DNA of 64,000 nucleotides from Camelus ferus (lineage: Eukaryota): the NCBI RefSeq assembly GCF_009834535.1, contig NC_045697.1, forward strand, positions 99,326,001-99,390,000. The letters are read 5' to 3'. Below the pieces are notes generated by a model. The model saw only the letters and a list, made by a program, of their open reading frames with translations, made no database searches and was not told where the DNA came from. Both the position numbers and the translations under genes were made by a program. Below are positions 49,956-61,311 of this stretch, one piece after another (the stretch's first letter is position 1; each line of letters begins with the position of its first letter).

Positions 49956-50551
49956 TTAATTAGAATTTGCAGGACAATATAAGCTACTGCTCTACACCAA
50001 AAAGTCCAACATGGAAGTAGACAAAACAAAAACATACGTAGAAAACCCAACAATTTACGAAGATAAATTAGATGTCTAGGAAGGAAACACTCCCAAGCGT
50101 GCCTGCTACTCTGCGCTACACTTCATTTGGCGGCTAAGAACAACGGATGGGCCTTGAGGAAAAATATTTCGGCTTTCAAAGAACTGCTTAGAAAAGGACT
50201 AAAAACTATATTTAACTGCCTCTCGGGCAATTAGACCACGACCATTGCCACATCTGCTATTTGCTCATCAGGAAGCTGCTTCCAAGACATTTAACATTCA
50301 TAGGTGTATTAGCTCATTATTAATACCCTGGAAGTTCTTCATGACACTGTTAACTACTGTGCAGAATTGGATGCAAGGAGGCGCCATCTCGGGATTCTGA
50401 ATGGAACTCCCCAAAGTACATTAGAAAGTGGCCTTCAATGTGGACTGAATTAGAGCAAAGTTCTAGTGTGTAATCTGTTTCTAAAGACTTTTCTTCAGCC
50501 ATCTCCATCCTCTACTCAGACTTTACCTCTTCATACTCCCAGGAAACAATC

Positions 50552-50790
50552 ATTATAATAGCAAACACTTATGGGGCACTAGCTATATGCAGACACTTTC
50601 ATATGTTAAGACGTTTAATCGTCACAAGAGCCCCATGAGGTAGGAACTGTTCGCATCATCCCCATCGTACGTGTGAGGAAACAGGCACTGGTAGGTTAAA
50701 AAGCATAGCAGTAGTGTCAGAGCTGGGATCTGAACTTGGGCAGTTTCATGTCAGGATTCACACTCTCCCCTCTGGCAACACAGCCTCCGT
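50552..50790 (-). mobile_element. MIR
   Basis: ataatagcaaacacttat...tttaatcgtcacaagagccccatgaggtagg...agagctgggatctgaact. Confidence 0.8.
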
Positions 50791-51124
50791 GCCTTATCAA
50801 CGTGCTTCCCCAAGAACAGAAGTGCTGGTGGAAATTAATTGCTCTCAGGCTCTTACTGTAAGACAGAGGCAGTATCAGGAACTGAACTCCTGATTCCTCT
50901 GTGCTCTCTGCTAGCCCATGGACTATTCCTCTGACATCAAGGTAAAAAGAACTATTTCTAATGAATGTTCTTTCGATCAGAGATCACGCCAAGTACAGTC
51001 TGTCACAAGAAAACCAACAAGCATATCCCTAAGACAGCCTGGCTCATAAAATGTTTTACTCTAGAGAAATTTCTATTATGGGCATTGCAATATAACGTTC
51101 CATTTCCAAGGTACAAATTCCCCA

Positions 51125-51508
51125 TGTGATGGCTAATTTGATGTGTCAACTTGACTAGGCTATGGTGTCCAATTCTTTGGTTAAACACCAGTCTAGAGGT
51201 GGCTGTGAAGGTTCTTTTTTTAGATGCAATTAACACTTAAATCAGCAGACTTTGAGTAAAGCAGATTATCCTCCTTGATGTGAGTGGGTCTCACTCAACC
51301 ATTGGAAGGCCTTAAGAGCAAAAACTAAGGTTTCCTGCAGAAGCAACTCTGCCTTAAGACTGCAACTCAGAAACCCTGCCTGAGTTTCCAGCCATAGACT
51401 GGGGACTCAAGACTGCACGTCATCTCTTACCTGAGTTTCCAGGCTGCCGGCCTCTGCTACAGATTGTTGACTTGCCAGTCTTCACAATCATGTGAGCCAA
51501 TTTCCTTT

Positions 51509-51560
<52 letters not shown>

Positions 51561-51814
51561 CATACACACATGTAGATATAGGATATATATGGAGATACAT
51601 ATGATATATAATATATATGATACATATGTATATATATTTATCTCATATGTGAGATATATATATATATATGTTCTATTAGATACATACACATACACACATA
51701 TGCATACATACCTCTTGGCACATATATCTTATATGCCTCATATATCCTCATATACATATCATAGACATATTTATCACCTCTTGGTTCTTTTTCTCTAGAG
51801 AACTGACTCTTACA
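51125..51814 (+). mobile_element. MLT2-type ERVL solo LTR with expanded internal AT-rich microsatellite
   Basis: tgtgatggctaatttgatgtgtcaacttgactaggc...cacaatcatgtgagccaattt...tctctagagaac; TSD cccca at 51120-51124 and 51815-51819. Confidence 0.92.
51508..51770. repeat. (TATATG)n followed by degenerate TA/CA-rich simple repeat
   Basis: Read directly. Confidence 0.95.
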
Positions 51815-53564
51815 CCCCAGAATCCAGCCTCTATCATCTTTTACATAGAAGGCTCTCAATATAGAGTCATGAACTGTTCTATGGAGAGCCTCCTTCCTCA
51901 TTTCCCATTATAGTTCTTATAAGAAAAGATGAAGCTGGCTACTTTAAGGACTAGCACACAGACCGACAAACTTTCTGGAGCTGGGTAACACACTCTTTCC
52001 GGTTTGATCATGGCAGATTCTAATCCATCTGCCCTCTGTGAATGATTGTGGTTTGACAGGCTACAAAGACACACACCCTGGTCAGTGGCAGTCCCCAAAT
52101 GGGGCCCCAGAGGCCCACTGCCGCCCAGCTCAGAGTTCATCCAAGTCCCGCCCTGTGGGAAGGGCACCACCCACCATCGTGGCTTTCCGTGCCAGCCTGA
52201 GATTTGAAGAGGCAATCTGGTTTACAATGGTATTTCAGTAACCATTTCCTCCCAAGATCCTGGCCAATGACCTCATGACTCTAATGGCTCCCAACTTCTA
52301 TCTGCACGTGGGTTTGGATGTTATCTCATTCTGCTCACTGGTAATCCTCCCATCCCAGCTGTCCGAATTCCTCTGCTGTCCCAACTCCTAAAGACAGGAC
52401 CCAGTAGAAAAGCAATCCTTGCTCCTTAAGAAAAGATCTCAAATGGCCGATCTCCTCCTTTCCCCTCCTCCTTCTGTCTTTCTCCTCACCCCACCCAAAC
52501 CGCAGAGCCCCGTACCCGATAAAGGGCCAGAGCTGGGAGCTAGGACTATGTCACACCAAGAGCATCCACAGTTGCCCAAAGCTGTTTTCCTTGTGGCTTC
52601 TTCAGTAGCAGGCATGCCGCCTTCAGTGTTTACAGTCAGCAATTTTGAATGTGCTGACATGGAGAACAGTGACCACAGAGTCCACACAAACCAGCACAGA
52701 GGAGAAAACCCAGGCAGAAAAGCCCAGAGGCCTCTCTCCTCCCTTGTCTGCCCATCCACGGTCCACCTGTGAGGTCACAGGCTTGTGGAGATCGGGATGG
52801 ATGGCAGGGAAGGGAAGCGGCTCACCTCCTCCTGCTTTTTCCTTCCATCACAGCCCCATCCCAGTGTTTCTATTCTGGGGGCTGACGCAGGCAGTGCTGC
52901 GGAGGAGGGAGCCGGCCCTCTATGCTGACAGGAGGGAGGACCGGGTCAGGCTGCCACGTTCCCAGCAGCTTCAGGAAAGCCTCCCTCTCCAATATTTAAC
53001 TTACAAAAGTTCTTTATATTGCTGATGTGTTACTGTTCTTTTTTTTTTTTTTTTTCCTCTAGCAGCAAAGAAAGTTTTGTAAGCAAACAGGGTGCCAGAA
53101 AACTGCTGGGTAGCAAGCCTAGCATGAGAGGAGGGGCCGGGGAGGGACCATTAAATTACAGCTTGAAAAGGACTATTAGAAGATCGCTATAATGTTTTAT
53201 AGGCAGATTGGGATTTGGGGATTCTGAAATCCCTCTCTTCTTGGCTTTATCTGGGTTAGATAATAGGGAAATCATTTAGTTGGAGGTCAAATAAACAGAG
53301 CGATCAGGTAGACAGTGGGTCTCCCTGTCCACAGACACCAGTGAGGGGGCAGTTCTGGGACCTGGGCTCCCACACTAGCAGAGGCAAAAGCTGAACTTGA
53401 TCTCTGGCCTCCCAAATAAAGCACTGGTTCTCAAACTCCCATAGGTCACATCTGTGGTATAAACATTCCTCTCAAACTGCCTACTGTATTCCCATGTGCC
53501 AAGAGGAAAAAAATCCCATTCACTATAACTACAAGAAAACTAGGTATATTTGGGGATGAAAACC

Positions 53565-53960
53565 ACAGCAGAATGTCTAGCTGTTCACCAAAGATGTGTG
53601 CACCTGTGTGGATCCGACACTGGTGACTGGTTGCCCAGTAAAGAACTACATTTCCCAGCTCCCCTTGCATCTCGATGGGGATATTTGACTTCATTCTGAA
53701 TGTGGGCAGAAATGATGTATGCCATTTTCCAGGGCTGACCCATAAAAACCCGTAGCAAAATTCCCCATGATCTTCTAAGGCTCTCTCTTTTCCCCACCAG
53801 CTGGAAGTAAAAGGTTCCAAAACCCATGGAAGAGTTTCAAGATGGAAGGAGCTGGTTTCTTGTCCACTGAACGCGCACATTGGACTATTTCATTAGAGAG
53901 AAATAAACTTGCATTGGTAAGCCACTGGAGATGTCAGCATTCTCTATCACAAAAGCTATG
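53565..53960 (+). mobile_element. Old MaLR LTR (MLT1G-J-like)
   Basis: actacatttcccagctccccttgca...gggcagaaatgatgtatgcca...gagagaaataaactt...taagccactg. Confidence 0.75.
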
Positions 53961-53989
53961 GTACAAAATCAAGGTGCTATCAAAGGGAA

Positions 53990-54275
53990 AGTATCAATTT
54001 AATTAAACACAATGACATAGATGTTAAACATGGTGTGGGTACCATTTGGGTTAGAAATATATATATATATAAGGTCACATACATGCTTACAAATGCTTGG
54101 GATGTCACTAGAAGGAAACATAAGGAACTGGCTGTCTTTGGGAACGGGGACTGGGAGACAGAAAGAAAAGGGTGGAAAAGATATTTATCTTCCACCATAT
54201 ACTGTCTTTAACCTTTTGAATTTTGTACTCTGTCCATTTATCACCCTGTCAAAAGTTACATTTAAAAAACACAAA
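53990..54275 (+). mobile_element. Old L1 (L1ME-like) 3' end
   Basis: gtaccatttgggttag...ggaaacataaggaactgg...ccttttgaattttgtac. Confidence 0.6.
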
Positions 54276-54589
54276 TTCTGAAAGAATCCCATTTTCAGAC
54301 CACCTGGAGAATGCTTACTGACACGACTATTAGTCCCCAGGGCCTTTTTTGAGAACCAGTGGTACAAAGTGTTGACATTTAAAAATACATAAAACTGTAC
54401 TTTTCTGGAAAACTCCAGGGATGGGCAGAAGTAGCTGCTACTCCCCAGGACATCTAAATTCTGAGGGTTAACTTTCTCATCTTCTTAGAGACTTTCCTTT
54501 CCTTGCAATGGTGACAGGAGGCTGAAATGAGAGTGGAACTGTCCCTTACGCTGGAACGGGTTACTGCTAACTGTGCGGCTCACAAGTCA

Positions 54590-54730
54590 TTCATAGATCT
54601 TGTTATAAAGAAGGGTTCCTGAGCCTCTTTCCTGAAAATGCTGATTTAGTAATTCTGGGGTGAAGTCTGGGGACCACACTGTTAACAAGTGTCCATTGAT
54701 TCCCGTGCCCAGGCGCCGAGGGAAACCCCA
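54590..54730. mobile_element. Degraded MER5-type MITE
   Basis: gatcttgttataaag...ctgatttagtaattctggggtg...ttaacaag. Confidence 0.5.
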
Positions 54731-55789
54731 TTCTCATCTGTCCGGATGTCCTACCTGCCACCTGGGATCAGCTGCTTCACTTTCACATTTTCTATCCCTG
54801 GATACAGATAATGAAATTTACAACCGATGAAACAGGAAAGTGTCCTCTGAGACTAAGGTGATGCCTGTGAAAAAGGCTGAACTCCCTACATAATGAGATT
54901 CATACACAAGTGCCAATTATGATGATCATTACTGTTAGCATGTGTGCTTTAGACTGCTATCTTAACATTTAAATTTCACTTTAACAACAACAACAAAAAA
55001 GTCTTCATTTTAATAGAGAAGGGTGGGGGTGAAAAACATGTCTGCTTCTCTGGAAAGCTCTTCTAAGAATTTCTGCTGCACTGACAGGTGTTTAGCAGGG
55101 AGCTCACATCGGGCTGATCCTCTACCCATGCAAGTAGGGCTGCTTCCAGAGTGTGTAGCGCAGGGCAGGAGACATAGGGAAGCTCCACAGGTGAGTCCAT
55201 GGGCTGGAGGTGAGGGCAATTCAAACACAAGTATATCCAGGCAGCAACTGGTTCTGAGGTGGTTACCATATGGAACAGGGATGGATGCGAGAGATTCACT
55301 TTGCATGAGACGTGTCAAATGCAGTCCAGCTGGCCCTGGACCATTTTATTTTCTGTTCAGCTCACAGGTCCCAGCTTTATCTCTGAATAGTCTAAAATAT
55401 TTTACACCAAAAGGCCATCCACAGCCAAGCCCTCTATGTAACTCTGAGTCACATTGGTACACGTCCCTGATTGCAAGTTTCCTCTACATCAATTATCCAG
55501 AGAGAGGGCAGACCAGCGAGATGTTTATTTCCTGGCAAATAACCCGAGTGGTTGATAAAACGTGTTTAGAATGACGTGAGGAGTTTTCTAAAATACCTTA
55601 GGAGTCAATCTTGATATTTTCTAAGGAATAATTTGAAGAAATTTTTTTTAATCTGAAAGTATCTCTGTAAAACAGAGGGGAGAGGAGGGAGAAAATCAGT
55701 ACATTTAAATCCTAAGTTTTCTGTTTACTTTTTGGAGACCATTAGTTTACAGAAAATTCAGGTCCAAAAAGGGAAGGAGTCTCACCAAA

Positions 55790-55940
55790 AGATAAAGATG
55801 TGAAGTGATAGATGTTAATGAATTAGATGCATACATATCTATCACAATGTATATATATATCAAATCACCATGATATACACTTTAAATACCTTATAATTTT
55901 ATTTGTCAATTATACCTCAATAAAGCTAAAATTTAAAACA
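55790..55940 (+). mobile_element. L1 3' terminus
   Basis: tcacaatgtatatatatatcaaatca...tttatttgtcaattatacctcaataaagct. Confidence 0.8.
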
Positions 55941-56174
55941 AACACTCACAAAGGGAAAGGTTAACAAGATCTATTATGATTACAAATTATATCTTTTCTC
56001 TTTTTGGCGACTACCACACCCATCAGGTGCTGTTTACATTTGTTTTATCTCTTTCCATCCTTCTCAAACCAATGAAATGCCCAGGCTACAATATTTATTA
56101 TAAAGCCTGCTTAATTCCAAATGGGCCTCATGTACTGCACAATGTCTTTAAATGGACCACCTAAAAACCTGCAG

Positions 56175-56570
56175 CAGAGATTCCTGGGGCTCCTCAGACC
56201 TGGCGCTCCTCCCTTTCTGAAGATATGGGTGGATTTCCCAGGCTCCCATGTAGTTAAGTGGGGGCCATGCAACTGGTCTGGCCAATGGGCTACGAGCAGA
56301 GAAAGAGCGGTTGTGAACTGTCCCCCTTCTCTTCTGCTGCAGCAAACCCTGAGGTCACATAATGAGATGGCAGTGCCACAAGATGGTGGAACCTCTGTCA
56401 GCCTGGGTCCTTGAATGACTAGGTGGAGCAGAGCCTCCCCACCCTTCTCCCATGAACCTCAAGTTGGAAAGGCAGTAGGAGTAACATTCGTTGAGCTAAG
56501 CCAGTGGAACCGAGGGCTGAGTGGGGTACCATTTGTTACTGCAGCATCAGCTTGCCTTTTCTGATCCATC
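56175..56570 (+). mobile_element. Old MaLR LTR (MLT1I-K-like)
   Basis: tttcccaggctccc...tagttaagtgggggccatg...ctggccaatggg...cagcctgggtccttgaatgact...tttgttactgcagca. Confidence 0.75.
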
Positions 56571-56589
56571 AAAGCTACTGGTTTAAAAT

Positions 56590-56760
56590 CTCTGAGTTTC
56601 AGTCAGGACACTGGACCTCCCATGCATATAATTACTAGACAAGTCACCTAATCTTTCTGAGCTTCAGGTTTTGTTTTGTTTTCATTGCAAAATGGGAATG
56701 ATATATTCTGGTATGTCTACCAGTCAGGGATAGGTGAGGCTCAAATGAGTTCTTCTGAAA
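56590..56760 (+). mobile_element. MIR
   Basis: gacaagtcacctaatctttctgagcttcag...gcaaaatgggaatgata. Confidence 0.65.
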
Positions 56761-57489
56761 GTATTTTGAACTCTGTACATCACAGCCCTAGATGTAAAGT
56801 TCAGGCGGTGCTGCTGGGGTTATATCTGGAGAACTTAAGGGGCTAAACTTGACTGCTTATTTGGGGGTCGGTTATGAGAATTCACGGCTTCTTGATTCTT
56901 AAATAGCCAAGCAATACATTCTGGTAACAGATCAGGATGATAGAAAGTCAAATTCTGATACCACTTGGAGAATAATTTGTTATCTTAAAAACGTCCGGGC
57001 CAGCTGAATGGTTTCAGAAGCCTCACTTCCAGCAAGCAAACTCAACTATTTGCCTCTGGCATAAAAAGAAAGGAAAAATAGAGGCCCGAAGTGAAAGGCT
57101 TGGCATAAAGCCCTTTCTTCCTCCCACAGCCTGTCAGAGGGGAGGAGGGAGGGAGAACACAGGGGAGGAACAGGGAGCTGGGCATTCCAGACTCCACCCC
57201 GCACAAAGAGACCGCGAGAGCCACAGTCAGGAGGGGTAGTACAAATCTATTCTTGCGTTACTCTCACAAAGACTGATTTCTCCGCAGAGGAGAGGCGAAA
57301 CGGAAGAGATGGCCTCCACACAGAGATCTCGAAGGAGGGCAGGAGTCCGTGTAGCCTGCTGTCCCTGACAAAGGCTGCGGCACTCTGCTTCTAACGCAGG
57401 AGAAGGGCTTTCTGACCCCTACAGCAGATGACACCGATCCCCAGACTGATTTGCAGAGGGCCGTTTTCACCCAGCTGCTTGGATTGTCA

Positions 57490-57672
57490 GATAATAACAG
57501 CTGCCTTTTTTTGAGCACTTACTCAAATGCCAAGCACTGACATTTTAGATGCCCAGAAACTGAGGCACCAGCAAGGCTAACTAACTTGTCTGAGGTCACA
57601 GAACTGGGATACGGCAGAACCAGGAGTTAAACCCAGATAGTCCGGCTCCAGATGCTGCGGTCTTAACCGCTA
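57490..57672 (-). mobile_element. MIR
   Basis: gaaactgaggcac...taacttgtctgaggtcacag...aaacccagatagtccggctccag. Confidence 0.8.
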
Positions 57673-57739
57673 CATTTGTCAGGGAGGGACAGAAAAAGGG
57701 GGAAAACATGGGTGCAATCCTGTCACCTGCTACATGCCT

Positions 57740-57915
57740 TGCAATAGGCTTCAGACACTTTAACTCACTTAAATGTCCTATCTTTTCTAACAGCTGGTAT
57801 TCTTACCTCATTTACAAGTGAAGAATCAGAGGCTCAGAGAGGTCAATGAACTTACCCAAAGTCACAGAGCTAAAAAGTGAAAAGTTAGGAATCAAATCCG
57901 ACCTGACTCTGCCAG
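57740..57915 (-). mobile_element. MIR
   Basis: catttacaagtgaagaatcagaggctcagagaggtcaatgaacttacccaaagtcacagagct. Confidence 0.8.
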
Positions 57916-58857
57916 ATTAAAGTGGGAAGGTTTATGGCTGGAAGATATGCCAAAATTTGGGGGAGAAACCAAAATACAAGAAGGTAGAGGAAGGAAAGAC
58001 TACAAGGAAAGCAGCTAGAAGCTGGCACTTCCGAGAAATATAACAGATCTAAATATAGGATAACACCTATTTATAGAGTTCCCTTTATCACAGAGCCTTT
58101 CTGTCCTCAGAGTAAGAAAGATGGTGAATTGACTGTTTGGACCAAAGAGAGACAGTCCTGCATATCAAGAAAAACCTTTTTTTAAATTCAGCAAATGGAG
58201 AGTTACTATGAAAGTAGCCGACAGCTTTTTTTTTTTTTTTTGGCTGTCTTTACATCTTCTCACACTAAATTGTTATGATCGTATACTTCCACATTTCCTA
58301 AACTTATGAACCACTGAATAATTGTTAGTTGTTTTGTTGTTGTTATTTTGCATCATTTGCTAATCCACAGCTAAAATGTTCTCCCAACCTCAAGCAAGAG
58401 AGGTGCAATGCAATTATGACACAGGAGCAAAAGAAGCTCATTAACATACCCATGACTGACACTGGAAGATCATTAATTAGGCATTCGGAGCATAAGTATA
58501 TATGTATAAATTAGCATCTATTCACCATTTAAACTGTAAGAGATTTTTTCATATCTGAATATTAACTATGTTGGAAAATTACTAAGTTTTTCCTGAGTGA
58601 ATTCCACAAACAATACCCTACCTGGATCACAAAAACAAAATCAAGAGAGAAGATTCTGTGAGCAGAACTGGACACAGTGGAAGAAGTTAAACTCTTCATC
58701 GGTCAGTGTCCTCATTTGTCTGTTTCCTCTCGTTTATATTTCTACTGACTCCACCTGTTGGGGGCTGTGTGTGTGGATCCTTTCCTGTTAAGAAAGCTTA
58801 GATGTGGCACTACCGCTGATATTCTAGGGATGCTCTGCTTCTATCTGCATTCTGTTA

Positions 58858-59200
58858 CTGTTCATCCATTTATTTTTTCACTACTTGTTTATTGGGTGTG
58901 ATCTCTGTACCAAATACAATGTGGAGAATACATACACGTATTTGGCAGTGTTTCTAACTCTCAAGGACTCCATAGTGTAGCAGGAAAGATGGGACATAAA
59001 GTAGACACATAAAGCTAAAATGTAAGGTAGAGAATTACACTGCCAAAGACTACCAATACCAACCCTACTAAAGGAAGAACAGATTACTTGTGGGAGGGGG
59101 AGGATCAGGGAAGGCTTCTTGGAGGAGGTGGCATTTAAGCAGGACAAACAGGAGGAGTAGAAGAAGAAGATCTGGCAAAGTCTGGGCCATGTCAAGAGAG
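58858..59200 (-). mobile_element. L2 fragment
   Basis: ttcatccatttatt...tctcaaggactccatagtgtag...atcagggaaggcttcttggaggaggtggcattt. Confidence 0.7.
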
Positions 59201-61210
59201 TCACCTGATGGCGGAACTAGAGGCGAATCAATGTCCATCTTCATACTGAGGTCTTGAATTGTGCTAGTTCTGTAGCCACCAGGACTCCTCCTTCATTTTT
59301 CCAATGTGTCTAAAGTACCTGTCCCCTTGGGGCTCTGGAAAGCTACTAGTATCAGGAGCACAATGATAATACTACTCTGTTGTCCTTCACATATACGACA
59401 GTGATACTAATTACTTCATAGAGCTGTGCTGGCATTGTTTTCTTGCAGTCGTACTGGATTCATGCCAGCACATCGTTCTCTGCTGATTTCTCTTGGGACC
59501 AGTGGCACACTTTTGTAAGATGGCTATCCTGGATAAAAGCTGGAATTTACAGTTCTTAGATCTTTCTTTCTTTCTTTCTTTCTTCCTTTTTTTTTTCCTA
59601 GGTGGGGCTAACATATCACTGTGGGGACTGAAAGAAAGAGCTTGGTCTTTGGGGCACCAGACTATAACCACCAGAGTGCACCAACCATATGAGTTTTACT
59701 GGTATGTCTTTTCCAGCAGAACAAAAGTATTTTAACAAAATTGCCTATATGAAGAAAGGAAGCCAACTAGATAGCTTCTAAATATGGTAAAATCTCAGTG
59801 CCTTCACAGTTTTTGACATCGACCTGTACAAACCAGGTAGCCCACAGATCAATGCCCAGAGCATAGGCTTTTCCTAGCTGTCCTGAGACTGCACCCATGG
59901 GGATGCAGGTTGTGGGGTGGCTTTCAGGCTGAAATCCTTATCCTGAGGCCTCCAGAGCAGAGATAGGAGTCAAGATATACCTGCTTCCTACTGGGTACGA
60001 CTCGATGGCAGAAAGGAAGGTGACCATCAAGGTCAGGAGTGCTCATGGAATTAAAAAACTAAGTGGCCAGCAATAGTTTTTCCTGAGTGTGCGGGCCTTT
60101 TTTGGCCTCAGCTATTGGCAGATATTGAAGTTTCTGTGGCAATGTGGGTCCTGAAGGAAATGAACAAGTTACTTGTAATGGACTAACCTGGAAAAACATT
60201 GACTGTTATTGAAGGAAAAAACTAGGATGATGACTTCTGATTTCTTCCATGCTCCTAGGTAAATAGAAATCTATCTTTTATTTCTAGGGCAGATTTATGT
60301 ACAGCAAGTATAAATATTCCATTTTTCTAATGGCAGAACTTTTTAAAGCTATTAGTACCCATGAAAAAGATGGTAAGAAAATTCTTGACTCTTAGATCAT
60401 TATAGTGGATAATAATTACTTAATTGAAGCATCATTCACTAAGGTCATGTTATATATCCCACCACATGCCTGGCGGGTAATGGACACATACAGAAAGAAG
60501 AGAGTATCATTTAGTTGAAGAGAACCACAGAGATCCAAGTTACACTTGTCCTAGAAATTCAGAGGGAAGAAAAGCTCATGGTGGTCTGAGGTCACCTCAA
60601 GAGGCCTATGTGGGGGAAGGAAGATACGGAGTTGGGTCCCACAGAAAATGAAAGTTACATGATCTTCTTGGTCAAAGTCAAAAGCTCGAATCTTGGAAGT
60701 ACACAAACAAAGAATCTGAGTTAGATAATCACAGTAAAAATTTTCTCAAATTTACTTGTGTCAAAGAAGGAATATAAACATTTCCTGCGGGCATCTACTG
60801 AAACGCATCTGTTTTAAGAGATCATGCAGACTGCAGCCAATGGTTGTATTTACCCCTCCTGCCTCAATGCCTCCTAAAACTGGACAAAGCCCTTCCCAAG
60901 GTGGTCTTCTGACAAAGACAGAATCCTGGATTTTTTATGCTGAAATGTCTCTGCTTTACCAAATGTAGTTTGTTAAAGCTTCACAGAAAAGAGATGCTCT
61001 GAGCCCAACCTATGGAGACACGTTCCAATTTAGGCTGTGGAATGAAAATTACAGGGCAGCCACAGAGGCAAGTTTAAAATTAGGACAGACTTCACTTTGG
61101 GCCTCTTAAGCCTCAAAGAGTTAGTAGATGAGGCAAAGGAAAATTAAAAAAAAATTTTTTTACAGTAGGAACTTGAAAAGGAAAACCTCCAGACTTCTGC
61201 CCCTTCTTAC

Positions 61211-61311
61211 GGTTCTCCTGACATGCTAAGATTTTTGCACATCTGAACATCAGCTGCAAGAAGCTCTCTTAGTCCCTCAGCAGCTTCATAGGCACCACAG
61301 ACTCTCAGGGC
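61211..61311 (-). other. Candidate 101-nt internal exon of an unidentified minus-strand transcript
   Basis: Long polypyrimidine tract with tttcctcacag|GCC acceptor and AACC|GTAAGA donor; one frame open. Confidence 0.4.

Noticed and set aside
50380..50400. GGCGCCATCTCGGG as a CTCF/YY1 site
   Set aside because: Only half of the core matches; insufficient without data
55023..55574. Longest ORF (183 aa)
   Set aside because: GTG start, no recognisable homology, composition typical of random intronic translation
46791..61034. Isolated CArG boxes (46791-46800, 61025-61034) and TCAAGGTCA (60027-60035)
   Set aside because: Single short motifs without supporting context are expected by chance; several AAGGTCA words elsewhere come from MIR cores
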